A DNA stretch of 64,000 nucleotides, from contig JBHLNF010000003.1 of assembly GCA_048937405.1 (NCBI GenBank), forward strand, positions 256,001 through 320,000. The letters are read 5' to 3'. Position 1 is the stretch's first letter; every line of letters starts with the position of its first letter. Positions 31,589-41,671 of this stretch are shown here, one piece after another. This DNA comes from Promethearchaeota archaeon. Lineage in GTDB: Archaea; Asgardarchaeota; Lokiarchaeia; Sigyniarchaeales; SOKP01. The notes under the pieces are model-generated. The model worked only from the letters and a program-made list of their open reading frames with translations, searched no databases and had not been told where the DNA came from. The position numbers and the translations under genes are program-made.

Positions 31589-32089
31589 TTAACCATTTTC
31601 TAACTTATTTATTCTAATTATCTTTTTAATAGTTTTTAAAACACCATATTCAATTCTTTTAAGAACTATATTGTATTCCTTTTGTTCAAAATAGAAAGGG
31701 TCTTCAATCTCCAAATTCTCTTTTTCCCCAGCATAATCTAAAAGAAGAAACACTTTTTCGTCAAGATTTAAATTTTTAAATCGTCTTTTTAATTTATTAA
31801 TATGTCTTTTTTGCTCAAAAGCTAAGATAACATCTTGATTTTTAACTATATCCTCATTAACTCTTTTTGTCCTAAAATTAGTTATGTCTATTCCCTTAGA
31901 TTTCAAATAATTTACGGTTACATCTTGAGCTGTCTCATAATAATGATATAATCCTGCAGAATCGAAATCTACATCTTTTAATTCGTTTATAAACCTATTT
32001 TTTTTCAACCATTTCGCATATTCTGATGCAAATGGTGATCTACATGTATTTCCTGCACAAAAAAACAACACCTTACGTATTTTTGGCAT
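31589..32089 (-). CDS. Low-molecular-weight protein phosphatase, copy 2
   Basis: CAGNTCRS, DSAG, IEDPFY. Confidence 0.9.
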   Translation of the reverse strand: MPKIRKVLFFCAGNTCRSPFASEYAKWLKKNRFINELKDVDFDSAGLYHYYETAQDVTVNYLKSKGIDITNFRTKRVNEDIVKNQDVILAFEQKRHINKLKRRFKNLNLDEKVFLLLDYAGEKENLEIEDPFYFEQKEYNIVLKRIEYGVLKTIKKIIRINKLENG

Positions 32090-32271
32090 AATTCTTTATA
32101 AAAAAATGAATTAATTATATAATTATGTTCAGAAAAGAAAAGGCAGTTTTAATCCGCTTACCACCTTAATCAAATAAAATAAACCAATTAAAAAAGGTTT
32201 TTGATTAAATTCAAAAATATTGAAATTGTATAATAAATCATATATATAGGACACTTTAATTTCAAAAGGAA

Positions 32272-34692
32272 TTGAGCATGGTTGAAGATATTAAGTTTAA
32301 AGAATATAAACAGGATATTGAATCATTATTCACCCCAAAAAGTAAGTATACTTTCTTAGTAGGTGCTGGGATCTCTATGGATCCTCCAACAAACATGCCT
32401 TCTGCGATACAGATTGTTAAAGGATTATTGGAACTATGTGCACCTCAAGAAGAAATAAAAAATTTGCTTTCTCTTGATATGCTTAGATATGAGCTAGTAG
32501 TAGAGAAGATACAAGATATTTTTGATGAAGATTTAAGATTCTTAGATTATTTAGAGAATGTTACTGAACCAAATCTCATCCATATGTTTTTAGCAAATAT
32601 TATTACTAGAGGTAATTATGTTATAACTACCAATTTTGATTATTTAATTGAGCAAGCTTTACTGCGTGTTCTAGATGATCAATGGCATCAAGATATATTA
32701 CCAATCATTACTAAGGAAGATTACATCTTTTATCGAGATCCGGATAACCTTGTGAAATCAAATAAATACCCTATATTTAAAATACATGGTTCCAAACGTA
32801 ATATTATCACTGATAAAGATACAAAGGATTCACTTATCACTACAATGAGTGCTTTGGGAAAAGAACGTGGAGAAGGGGAAACATTCACGATTGAACCATA
32901 TAAAAAACCCACAGTATTTAATTTAATGAACAATCGATCTTTAGTTGTTTTAGGATATTCTGGTAGTGATGATTTTGATATAGGGCCAACATTAAGGGAA
33001 TTACCTTATCTTAATCGTATTATCTGGATTGAACATTCTCAAAATGCTTATCCAGAAATAATTAAAATAAGAACGAGGGAAAACTTAAGTCCTTCAGATG
33101 AAATTTCTCCTCTAGAGCAAATGTTAACTGATATAAGTTCTTCTGGCGATTTTGAAGTTATCTTAGTTAGAATTCACACTAATAAATTCATCCAAAAATA
33201 CTTATGGAAAATTTTCTTACCTTATCATCCTTTAAACGAAACAAGTTTAGGTGGATCAGATAATAAAGAAATTCCGAATTTCTTGGAATGGATAAAACCA
33301 TTATATGAAAATATACCTAAAGTTGAAAAATACAAATTTGCATGCCAATTATTCTACTATTTAAAAGAAATTGAAGCCGCAAGTCGTTGTTCACAAAGAG
33401 GTATTCAAAACGCAGAAGAAATAAATGATATCTCTTCAAAATCATACTTTTTGAATTTTTTAGGTTTAATTACTCAAATTAAGGGAAATTATGCTAATGC
33501 ATTAGAACATTATCAGAATGCCTTACGAATTGATCAATCTTTAAATGACGTTGCAGGTATTGGTTCAGATATCAATAATATAGGTTCTATCTATTTAACT
33601 ATAGGGAAATATGATGAGGCCCTTGAAAAATATCACCAAGCTTTAGAAATAGCCGAAAAATTAGATGACAAAGGAAGTAAGGTTACTTGCTTAAATAATT
33701 TAGGAAGAGTACATGAAGTGCGTCATGAATTTGACTTAGCTTTAGAAAATTATTTAGAAGGGATCCAAATTACTGAAGAAGTGGGAGATCTAAATAGCAA
33801 AGCACTCCTTTTAAATAATATAGGGATGATTTACAGAGCCAAAGAAGAAAATGAGCAAGCAATTAAATATTTTTATGAATCCGTACAAATTTCAGATCTT
33901 TTAGGAGATGTTTATGGTAAAATAATAGTGCTAAACAATATAGGAAGGGTTTATGATGAATCTAAAGATTATGAAAAGGCTTTAGAAAAATATAATGAAT
34001 CTATAAAATTTGCTGATCAATTAGGGGATTTGGCAAAAAAGGCAGGAAGTATGAATAATATTGGTTCAATTTATTTAGCTCAAGGGAATACAGATAAAGC
34101 GTTAGAAATATATCAAGAAGCATTGAATATCGAAGAGCGATTAGGAGATCCGTTGATGAAAATAATTTACCTTAATAATATCGGAATGATTCACAATAGT
34201 AGGGGTAATTATAACGTCGCTAAACAAAAATACAATGAAGCTTTAACCATTGCAAATGATATTGGTGATTTATCTAAAAAAGCCCTTCTTTTAACCAAAA
34301 TAGCCTCAATAAATATGATACAAGAGGAATATCAATCTGCTCTTGAACAATACGAAGAAGCCGTTTTAATTTTTGAAAATATAGGAGAATTATCTAATAA
34401 AGCTGCGACTCTTAGTAATATCGGAAAAATTTATGAGACTTTTGAAAATCATTATGAAGCATTAAGACGTTATGAAGAAACTCTCACGATAGATCAACAA
34501 TTGCAAGATCCTATGGGAATAGCAAGTGATTTTTATAATTTAGGAAGAGTATATACAATCCAGGGAGAATATCGGAAAGCATTACAAAATTATGAAGAAA
34601 GTATAAAAATATTTGATCAATTAGAACAAAAACAGTATGTTGATGTCATCAGAAGCAAAATTGATGAAATACAGAAAAATATTGGAAAATAG
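32272..34692 (+). CDS. SIR2-like domain plus TPR repeat protein
   Basis: FLVGAGIS, ITTNFD, KIHGS, VLGYSGSD; ten 40-aa TPR units with NNIG-type cores. Confidence 0.9.
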   Translation: MSMVEDIKFKEYKQDIESLFTPKSKYTFLVGAGISMDPPTNMPSAIQIVKGLLELCAPQEEIKNLLSLDMLRYELVVEKIQDIFDEDLRFLDYLENVTEPNLIHMFLANIITRGNYVITTNFDYLIEQALLRVLDDQWHQDILPIITKEDYIFYRDPDNLVKSNKYPIFKIHGSKRNIITDKDTKDSLITTMSALGKERGEGETFTIEPYKKPTVFNLMNNRSLVVLGYSGSDDFDIGPTLRELPYLNRIIWIEHSQNAYPEIIKIRTRENLSPSDEISPLEQMLTDISSSGDFEVILVRIHTNKFIQKYLWKIFLPYHPLNETSLGGSDNKEIPNFLEWIKPLYENIPKVEKYKFACQLFYYLKEIEAASRCSQRGIQNAEEINDISSKSYFLNFLGLITQIKGNYANALEHYQNALRIDQSLNDVAGIGSDINNIGSIYLTIGKYDEALEKYHQALEIAEKLDDKGSKVTCLNNLGRVHEVRHEFDLALENYLEGIQITEEVGDLNSKALLLNNIGMIYRAKEENEQAIKYFYESVQISDLLGDVYGKIIVLNNIGRVYDESKDYEKALEKYNESIKFADQLGDLAKKAGSMNNIGSIYLAQGNTDKALEIYQEALNIEERLGDPLMKIIYLNNIGMIHNSRGNYNVAKQKYNEALTIANDIGDLSKKALLLTKIASINMIQEEYQSALEQYEEAVLIFENIGELSNKAATLSNIGKIYETFENHYEALRRYEETLTIDQQLQDPMGIASDFYNLGRVYTIQGEYRKALQNYEESIKIFDQLEQKQYVDVIRSKIDEIQKNIGK
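33430..34630 (+). repeat. About 10 x 120-bp coding TPR repeats
   Basis: NFLG, NNIG, NNLG, NNIG, NNIG, NNIG, NNIG, TKIA, SNIG, YNLG cores at 40-aa spacing; boundaries approximate. Confidence 0.8.
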
Positions 34693-34800
34693 AATTTCAA
34701 CCAAATATTTTAACTCCTAATTTATAATAAAACTTTAATGTAAATAATTGTATTTTAAAATAACTTTTAATTATTATAAGGAAAAATTCAAAATTTTCCA

Positions 34801-36372
34801 TTGAAGACTATAACAGATTTCTTAATTATTGGAAGTGGAATCTCTGGACTTTCTTTAGCGTTAAATCTTTCCAAATTAGTTCCAGAAGAACGAATTTTTT
34901 TAATCACAAAAGAAAGTCTCCATGAGTGTAGTACATTTCATGCTCAAGGGGGAATCGCTTGTGTATGGGATGATGATGATAATTTTGAAAAACATATCCA
35001 AGATACATTAATTGCAGGAGATGGGTTATGTAATAAGCAAATTGTCAGAAAAATAATAACTCAGGCTCCTGAAAGGATAAATGAATTAATAGACTTTGGA
35101 TTAGAGTTTACTAGGGATAAAAATGGAGAATACGATCTTGGAAAAGAAGGAGGACATTCGAAAAGAAGAATACTTCATGTGAATGATCAAACTGGAAGAA
35201 GTATTGAAAAAATATTGATAGACAATGTAAAAAAATTAAGTAATATTGAAATAAAGGAAAAATGGTGTGGAATTAATCTTTATGTTAAAGATTTAAAATG
35301 CTATGGGGCATATGTTCTAGAACAGGATTCTGAGGAAATTCATACTATTATAGCTAAATCCACTATTTTAGCTACGGGAGGGGCAGGAAAGATTTATTTA
35401 TACACAACAAATCCTGACGTAGTTTCAGGTGATGGAATCGCAATGGCCTACAGAGCAGGTGTTATGATATCCAATATGGAATTTTATCAATTTCACCCTA
35501 CATGTTTATATCATCCATATGCCAAATCATTTCTGATCACTGAAGCAATGCGAGGAGAAGGCGCAATTTTGAAAGATTTAAGAGGAAATGAGTTCATGGG
35601 AAAATATCATCCTCAAAAAGAGTTAGCACCTCGTGATATTGTATCAAGAGCTATTGATGCCGAATTGAAGAAATCTGGTGATGATCATGTCTATTTGGAT
35701 ATAGCTTCTTATAAAGATTCTAATTTTATCAAAAATCATTTTCCAGGAATTTATGAAAAATGCTTAAAATTTAATATTGATATTACAAAAGAACCTATTC
35801 CTGTAGTTCCTGCTGCTCATTATTGTTGCGGAGGTGTGAGGAGTGGAATTGATGGTCTTACAGAGATTAAAAATTTATTTGTTATTGGAGAAGCCGCTTG
35901 TACGGGTTTTCATGGTGCTAATAGACTAGCAAGTAATTCTTTACTTGAAGGTTTAGTTACTGCCCATGAATGTGCATTTTATTTATCAGAACATGCATCT
36001 AGTTTAAAAATCAAAGATTTTCCAGAATGGGAAATCGGGAATGCTGTTCCATCAACAGAAGCTGTAGTAATAACTCAAAATTGGGATGAAATTAGAATGT
36101 TAATGCAAAATCTTGTTGGCATTGTCAGATCAGATTTGCGTTTAAAGAGTGCTCTTAAACGAATGAATTTATTTTCAGAGGAGATAGATTATTATTATTG
36201 GAATTATAAAATCGATAAGAATTTAATTGAGTTAAGAAATTTATCGATGGTTGCAGAAATATTAATTAGGTGTGCACTATCGAGAAAAGAAAGTAGGGGT
36301 ACTCATTATAATGAAAACCACCCTCAAAAATTAGATTTAGCAAGGAATTCTTACATTAAAAGACCTTGGTAA
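34801..36372 (+). CDS. nadB: L-aspartate oxidase
   Basis: IGSGISG, AQGGIA, EGGHSKRRILH, QFHPT, ELAPRDIV, HGANRLASNSLLE, RKESRGTH. Confidence 0.95.
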   Translation: MKTITDFLIIGSGISGLSLALNLSKLVPEERIFLITKESLHECSTFHAQGGIACVWDDDDNFEKHIQDTLIAGDGLCNKQIVRKIITQAPERINELIDFGLEFTRDKNGEYDLGKEGGHSKRRILHVNDQTGRSIEKILIDNVKKLSNIEIKEKWCGINLYVKDLKCYGAYVLEQDSEEIHTIIAKSTILATGGAGKIYLYTTNPDVVSGDGIAMAYRAGVMISNMEFYQFHPTCLYHPYAKSFLITEAMRGEGAILKDLRGNEFMGKYHPQKELAPRDIVSRAIDAELKKSGDDHVYLDIASYKDSNFIKNHFPGIYEKCLKFNIDITKEPIPVVPAAHYCCGGVRSGIDGLTEIKNLFVIGEAACTGFHGANRLASNSLLEGLVTAHECAFYLSEHASSLKIKDFPEWEIGNAVPSTEAVVITQNWDEIRMLMQNLVGIVRSDLRLKSALKRMNLFSEEIDYYYWNYKIDKNLIELRNLSMVAEILIRCALSRKESRGTHYNENHPQKLDLARNSYIKRPW

Positions 36373-36460
36373 TATAATATCGTTTTTAATATCTATAATT
36401 TTAAATTATTATTCTCATTACTATTGATAAGTCTAATCTTATAGAGGAAAAGGATTAATT

Positions 36461-37264
36461 GTGAATATTGGTAAAAAAATTAGAATTGAAAGAATAATTG
36501 ATCGGAAAAGCAAGAATACCATTATTATTCCAATGGATCATGGACTTACAATGGGAACCATTAAAGGATTAGAAAATATTGCTGACATGGTTGATAAAGT
36601 CGCATTAGGAGGCGCTAATGCCGTACTCGAACATTCAGGTATGGTTGACGCAGGTCATCGACAATCGGGTAAAGATATCGGTCTAATTATTCATTTATCT
36701 GGAGCGACTGAATTAGCACCAGATCCAAATAGAAAGGTTTTAGTTTGTTCGGTGGAAAGAGCCTTGAAAATGGGTGCTGATGCAGTATCTATACATATTA
36801 ATATTGGTGCTGATGATGAACCCGAGATGCTCCAAGACGCTAGTAAAGTTGTAGAAGCTTCAAGAGAGTGGGGGGTCCCATTATTAGCGATGATGTACCC
36901 ACGAGGAAGAAAAATTAAAGATGAGAATGATCCTGAAGTTGTAAATGTTGCTGTAAGAGCTGGGGCAGAATTAGGAGTTGATATTGTTAAAACGAATTAT
37001 CCTGGCGATATTGATGCTTTTAAAGAAATTGTTAAAGGAGTAAGTCATATTCCAGTAATAATCGCAGGAGGTCCAAAAATGGATACAATTCCAGATTTAT
37101 TACAAATGGTTTATGATTCACTAGAAGCAGGAGGAGCAGGAGTTGCATTTGGGCGAAACGTTTTTCAATCTGATGATCCTACAAAAATGGTCAGTGCAAT
37201 TAGCAAGATTGTACATAAAAACTATACAGTAAATGAAGTTCTGAAAGAATACGGATTTACTTAG
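36461..37264 (+). CDS. 2-amino-3,7-dideoxy-D-threo-hept-6-ulosonate (ADH) synthase / archaeal class IA aldolase
   Basis: [28 protein letters not shown] (Schiff-base Lys), AGGPK, GRNVFQ. Confidence 0.85.
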   Translation: MNIGKKIRIERIIDRKSKNTIIIPMDHGLTMGTIKGLENIADMVDKVALGGANAVLEHSGMVDAGHRQSGKDIGLIIHLSGATELAPDPNRKVLVCSVERALKMGADAVSIHINIGADDEPEMLQDASKVVEASREWGVPLLAMMYPRGRKIKDENDPEVVNVAVRAGAELGVDIVKTNYPGDIDAFKEIVKGVSHIPVIIAGGPKMDTIPDLLQMVYDSLEAGGAGVAFGRNVFQSDDPTKMVSAISKIVHKNYTVNEVLKEYGFT

Positions 37265-37274
37265 ATTACTCACT

Positions 37275-38549
37275 ATGAGGGAAAATTTGAAAATTTATAA
37301 ACCCTTTGAAGAAAAGGTTAAAAACCAGAAAAATCAACAGTTTCGTGTAATAATCTCATTTGATAATTTGTCAGATCGAGAAGATTTTTTAAAAAATAAT
37401 GAAGATCTGAAAATTTTAGGTAAATTTGATTTAATTCCATCTATTTATGTAAATTTAGTAAAAGAAAAAATAATCAACTATAGTAAAAGTAAATTAATCA
37501 AGAAGATCGAAGAAGATCAAAAACTCTATCAATCAATATTAGATGTACTTGAAATCTTAGAAATAAATAACTATAAAAATTCCCAAATCTCATATACTGG
37601 AAAAAATGTAAATGTAGGGATTATTGATGATGGAATTGATGTAAATTTTTCTTCAATAACTAAGAATATATTAAAATATCCTTTTTTCAACAGAAAAGCA
37701 AAAAACTATGATTTAAAGGATGCAAAAGATAAAATCAGCCATGGAACTTTAATGGCTAGTATAATTTGTAACCAATTTAAAAACGCAGATAATAATTACA
37801 TTGGAATTGCTCCAGATGCTAATATTATTGATTTTGATATATTCAATGTTAACCGAGAATACTACTTCTCAAATATTTTAAAGGTTTTCGATAAAATTAT
37901 AAGTGAAAATATAAATGTTGATATATTATTAATTTCTCTAAATTCAAAAGATAGTTCTGATGGTAAAGATATTTTGTCTTTAGCATGTGATCTATTAGTT
38001 GAACATGGAATTGTAGTTGTATGTTCATCTGGTAATTTTGGACCAGATCCATATACGATAGGGAGCCCTGGAGCCGCAGAAAAAATTATTGCAGTTGGAG
38101 CTCTCACAAAAAACCTAATTATTACTAATTTTAGCGGAAGGGGTCCTACTTTAGATAATAGAATAAAACCAGATATATGTTTACATGGATCTAATGTGAT
38201 AGTACCAATATCTCAAAATTTAAGAGTAAAATTATCTGGTACTAGTGTTTCTGCTTCAATTTGTGCTGGATTCATCGCTTTAATGAAAGAATATAATCCA
38301 AAAATGGGATATAATGATATCATTCAATTAATTAAAAAATCAAGCAGAGATTTGAACTATGATTCTAATGCTCAGGGATTAGGGATTTTAAGAATTATTG
38401 ATGTATTTAAAGAATTGGATTTGTATCATGAAAAACTCTTCCCCTATAATTATTTAGTTAAAAGATCTTTAATTTTTTCAATTGAATTTTTTATTATATT
38501 TGTTTTTATCTTCTATTTTGTCTATTTTTTTAATAGTTGGAATATCTAA
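37275..38549 (+). CDS. S8 subtilisin-like peptidase with prodomain and C-terminal TM helix
   Basis: IIDDG, HGT, SSGN, SGTS triad/oxyanion motifs; SGRGPT...KPDI; hydrophobic C-terminus. Confidence 0.85.
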   Translation: MRENLKIYKPFEEKVKNQKNQQFRVIISFDNLSDREDFLKNNEDLKILGKFDLIPSIYVNLVKEKIINYSKSKLIKKIEEDQKLYQSILDVLEILEINNYKNSQISYTGKNVNVGIIDDGIDVNFSSITKNILKYPFFNRKAKNYDLKDAKDKISHGTLMASIICNQFKNADNNYIGIAPDANIIDFDIFNVNREYYFSNILKVFDKIISENINVDILLISLNSKDSSDGKDILSLACDLLVEHGIVVVCSSGNFGPDPYTIGSPGAAEKIIAVGALTKNLIITNFSGRGPTLDNRIKPDICLHGSNVIVPISQNLRVKLSGTSVSASICAGFIALMKEYNPKMGYNDIIQLIKKSSRDLNYDSNAQGLGILRIIDVFKELDLYHEKLFPYNYLVKRSLIFSIEFFIIFVFIFYFVYFFNSWNI

Positions 38550-39103
38550 TTAAAAATCATGAGGTAAATAAAATATATCCTATATTTCATGTAGCTCTAC
38601 CTTTAATATTTACTGAAATCCCACGTTTAAAGAAATTAAAAATAAATAGATATTCTCTAATAATCGGTGCACTTCTTCCAGATATCATAGATAAACCATT
38701 GTTCCTTTTAGGATTTGGAAATGGTAGATTTCTTTCTCATACCTTATTATTTGCAATTATTAGTTTCCTAATTGTTCATTTTTCCTCAAAAAAAAATGTA
38801 AGCATTTCATTTCCATTTTTTATCGGTATTGTATTTCATTTTTTGTTAGACATTCCACATGTGCCTTTTTTTTATCCATTTATAAAATATGATTTTGGAG
38901 TTGTTGATGAACCATTCTTATTTTGGATTAAACAACTATGGACAGAGCCACTAGTAATAATTACCGAAGGGACAGGTGTGTTATTTATTATCTATATTTT
39001 AATAAAGAATAAATTGTATCAAATAGACAAATTATCTGAGTATTTAAGAGGAATAAATCAAACGTTTATACAAAATTCTAAAGAAGTCGAAATTAGTGTT
39101 TAA
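38537..39103 (+). CDS. Membrane-bound metal-dependent hydrolase (YdjM-like)
   Basis: H...GALLPDIIDK, RFLSHTL, HFLLD; real start possibly ATA at 38573. Confidence 0.8.
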   Translation: MEYLIKNHEVNKIYPIFHVALPLIFTEIPRLKKLKINRYSLIIGALLPDIIDKPLFLLGFGNGRFLSHTLLFAIISFLIVHFSSKKNVSISFPFFIGIVFHFLLDIPHVPFFYPFIKYDFGVVDEPFLFWIKQLWTEPLVIITEGTGVLFIIYILIKNKLYQIDKLSEYLRGINQTFIQNSKEVEISV

Positions 39104-39224
39104 TAGTATAGAAAATTATATTTTTTAAAATAGTTTTAATATGGTAATAAACCAAATACTAATTATTTAATAATTGGTTAATTAATTCTAAAATTACCTT
39201 AAAAACCAATTTTAATTATATTTA

Positions 39225-40739
39225 ATGGTATTTTCCTTGAAAAAATACGATGTACTTTTAATTCATCCACCTAGAGTGTTAAATCCAGATTATCGTAAAA
39301 ATGCTAAATTTATTCGAGGTACATTTATTTTTATACCTATGGGTGTTTTTGCTATTGCAGATTTACTTGAGAAAGAAGGTTTTGGAGTTAAGATAATAAA
39401 TTATCCGTTAGAGCAATATCTAAATCGTAATTGGAAATTAATCAACTTTCTCAAAAATATTGATTTTGAAGTGTGTGGATTGGATTTACATTGGCTTCAT
39501 AATGCTTACGGTGCAATGGAAATTGCTAAAATTGTGAAAAAAGCAAACCCAAATGCTAAAGTAGTACTTGGAGGATATAGTGCATCATATTACCATCATC
39601 AAATATTGAAATATTATAAAGATATAGATGGTATAATCAGAGGAGAAGGAGAAGTTCCACTACTTAAATATGTTCAAAGTATTAAAAAAAATCAATCTTT
39701 AGATAATGTCCCTAATTTATCTTATCGAGATTCTTTTAAACCCGTAAAAATTAATTCCCTTACATATATAGCAAAAACATTAGATAATCTAAATTTTACT
39801 AATTTTTCACTTCTGGAAAATGCAAAGCAATATTTTGAATGCAGTAGGCAAATGATGGGAATCTCTTTTAATCTTTCTATTGGAAGAGGTTGCCCTTTTA
39901 ATTGTCCATTTTGTGGAGGAGGTCAAAGGGCACAAAAAAGGTTATCAGGTCGAGAAAATGTCATCCTTAGAAAACCAGAAAAAGTAGTAGAAGATATTAG
40001 TAGTGTTCTCAATAATTTTAATATACCAAGTATTTTTTTTGGACACGGTGCTTATCCAGCTACCTTAAAATATTGGAAAAGATTATTTGGATTAATTCAG
40101 AAAGAAGATTTTGACATTGGGGGAGATTTAGAGATTTGGCGTTTACCATTTCCTAAATATATGTGGGATATATTCTATAAAACATTTCCTCGTAGATATT
40201 CATCACTTAGTATCTCTCCCAGAACAATGTCAAGTAGAGTACATCAAAAAATAAGGAAAATTTGTGATCCTACCTTTAGTTTTCCTAAAAAGCAAATAAA
40301 TGATTTAATAAAGAATGCAAATATATACAAAAGAACTTTAAGAATTTGGCTAACTGTCGGATTTCCTTTCCAATCTCACCTGGATATTCAAAAAGATTTT
40401 ATTTTTGCCTTAAAGTGTCAAATAAAATATGGTAAATCAATTTCAAAGCCCATTACTATTATGAATGAACCATATCATATTTTTCCGGGATCCCCTGCTC
40501 ATGAAGCTCCTGAGAAATTTGGTTTAAAATTAATTTTAAATTCATTTCCACAAATTTCTGCATTTTTTAAAAGAACTAAAATAACATTTTTCTATAATGC
40601 AATAAATTATGAAACTAATAGATTTTCTAAAACATCTATTCGTAATATAAATATGTTATTATTTTTAAGTAATTTACTCACTTCTTTTACTACAGGAGCT
40701 AAACTATCTGATAGAAAAGAACAAGATTCCAATATTTAA
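39225..40739 (+). CDS. Cobalamin-binding radical SAM enzyme
   Basis: LLIHPP, PMGV, VVLGG, RGEGE (B12-binding domain); GRGCPFNCPFC. Confidence 0.9.
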   Translation: MVFSLKKYDVLLIHPPRVLNPDYRKNAKFIRGTFIFIPMGVFAIADLLEKEGFGVKIINYPLEQYLNRNWKLINFLKNIDFEVCGLDLHWLHNAYGAMEIAKIVKKANPNAKVVLGGYSASYYHHQILKYYKDIDGIIRGEGEVPLLKYVQSIKKNQSLDNVPNLSYRDSFKPVKINSLTYIAKTLDNLNFTNFSLLENAKQYFECSRQMMGISFNLSIGRGCPFNCPFCGGGQRAQKRLSGRENVILRKPEKVVEDISSVLNNFNIPSIFFGHGAYPATLKYWKRLFGLIQKEDFDIGGDLEIWRLPFPKYMWDIFYKTFPRRYSSLSISPRTMSSRVHQKIRKICDPTFSFPKKQINDLIKNANIYKRTLRIWLTVGFPFQSHLDIQKDFIFALKCQIKYGKSISKPITIMNEPYHIFPGSPAHEAPEKFGLKLILNSFPQISAFFKRTKITFFYNAINYETNRFSKTSIRNINMLLFLSNLLTSFTTGAKLSDRKEQDSNI

Positions 40740-40879
40740 TCTATAAATATCAGTTTAATTAGTTTTTAAACTATTTCGAAATTTTTAAATGCAAATGATT
40801 TTTATTATTAAAAATATTACATATGAAACCTATCTAGAGAAATTATATATTCTACTTAAAATAATAATTATAATTAAAT

Positions 40880-41581
40880 ATGCCCTTTACACAAAAACTA
40901 AGCATTACGAGAATTATATTAATTTTAATCTTTTTTTTCGCTAGTATCCCTATTACACTAATTTGTGCGCTATTAGGAGATGCTACCATTTTAATTTCTA
41001 TTACAAAAGGTTATTTTACATCAGGAAATTCAATTTTCCTTCCTTATTTGTCTATTACTAATATTTTTTGGTTTTTACCTGATAAATTTCAATTTATACA
41101 GATCAGTTCTGGTTTTTTGATTGATAGTATAATTATCATAAATATATGTCCTATGGTTGAAAGAATTGCTTATCAATATTATATAAAGGTTTGTTCAGAG
41201 GAAGTTTTTCAAGAACCTTTTGATTTTGATCCTAAAAATCAAATCCATAATTTACATCAAGGTTCAGTCATACTTTTTGGATTAGGAGACGAGCCAATAC
41301 TTCCCTCTAATGTATTAATTTTATCTATTAAATTTAAAAAAAATGAAAGTCTAATAAATAAATGCAATAATTATTATTTTTTAAAAGAAAAAGGCAATAA
41401 ATTTGATGAGATTACTAGTATAAGACTATTTCACTTATCGTTTATATTGCACTATTCACATTTTCTACAATTTTTTAATATATATGATATTGAAAAATTA
41501 GATAGTATTTCTATCAATCAATATCTTTATCCTCAAACTATTATTTCATATTCAACTAAACCTTTTCAACGGGAGGGATAA
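40880..41581 (+). CDS. Hypothetical membrane-associated protein
   Basis: 233-aa ORF with hydrophobic N-terminal part; no recognised motif. Confidence 0.5.
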   Translation: MPFTQKLSITRIILILIFFFASIPITLICALLGDATILISITKGYFTSGNSIFLPYLSITNIFWFLPDKFQFIQISSGFLIDSIIIINICPMVERIAYQYYIKVCSEEVFQEPFDFDPKNQIHNLHQGSVILFGLGDEPILPSNVLILSIKFKKNESLINKCNNYYFLKEKGNKFDEITSIRLFHLSFILHYSHFLQFFNIYDIEKLDSISINQYLYPQTIISYSTKPFQREG

Positions 41582-41671
41582 AGATGATAACTTTCTTCTA
41601 TAACTTAATGAAAAATAATAATTTAAAGTTTAAATTTAAACATCCAAAAAATATTTTGAAATTTATATGAG

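Noticed and set aside
27374-32089. Arsenate reductase annotation for the two Cx5R proteins
   Set aside because: They lack the additional redox cysteine pair of thioredoxin-coupled ArsC, and no ars genes are adjacent.
1066-34692. Sir2-HerA defence system
   Set aside because: The HerA and SIR2 genes are ~30 kb apart; that system is an adjacent gene pair.
6454-34692. Thoeris system (TIR + SIR2 + macrodomain)
   Set aside because: Components are scattered over 28 kb and have different architectures (no SLOG domain, no TM-macro fusion).
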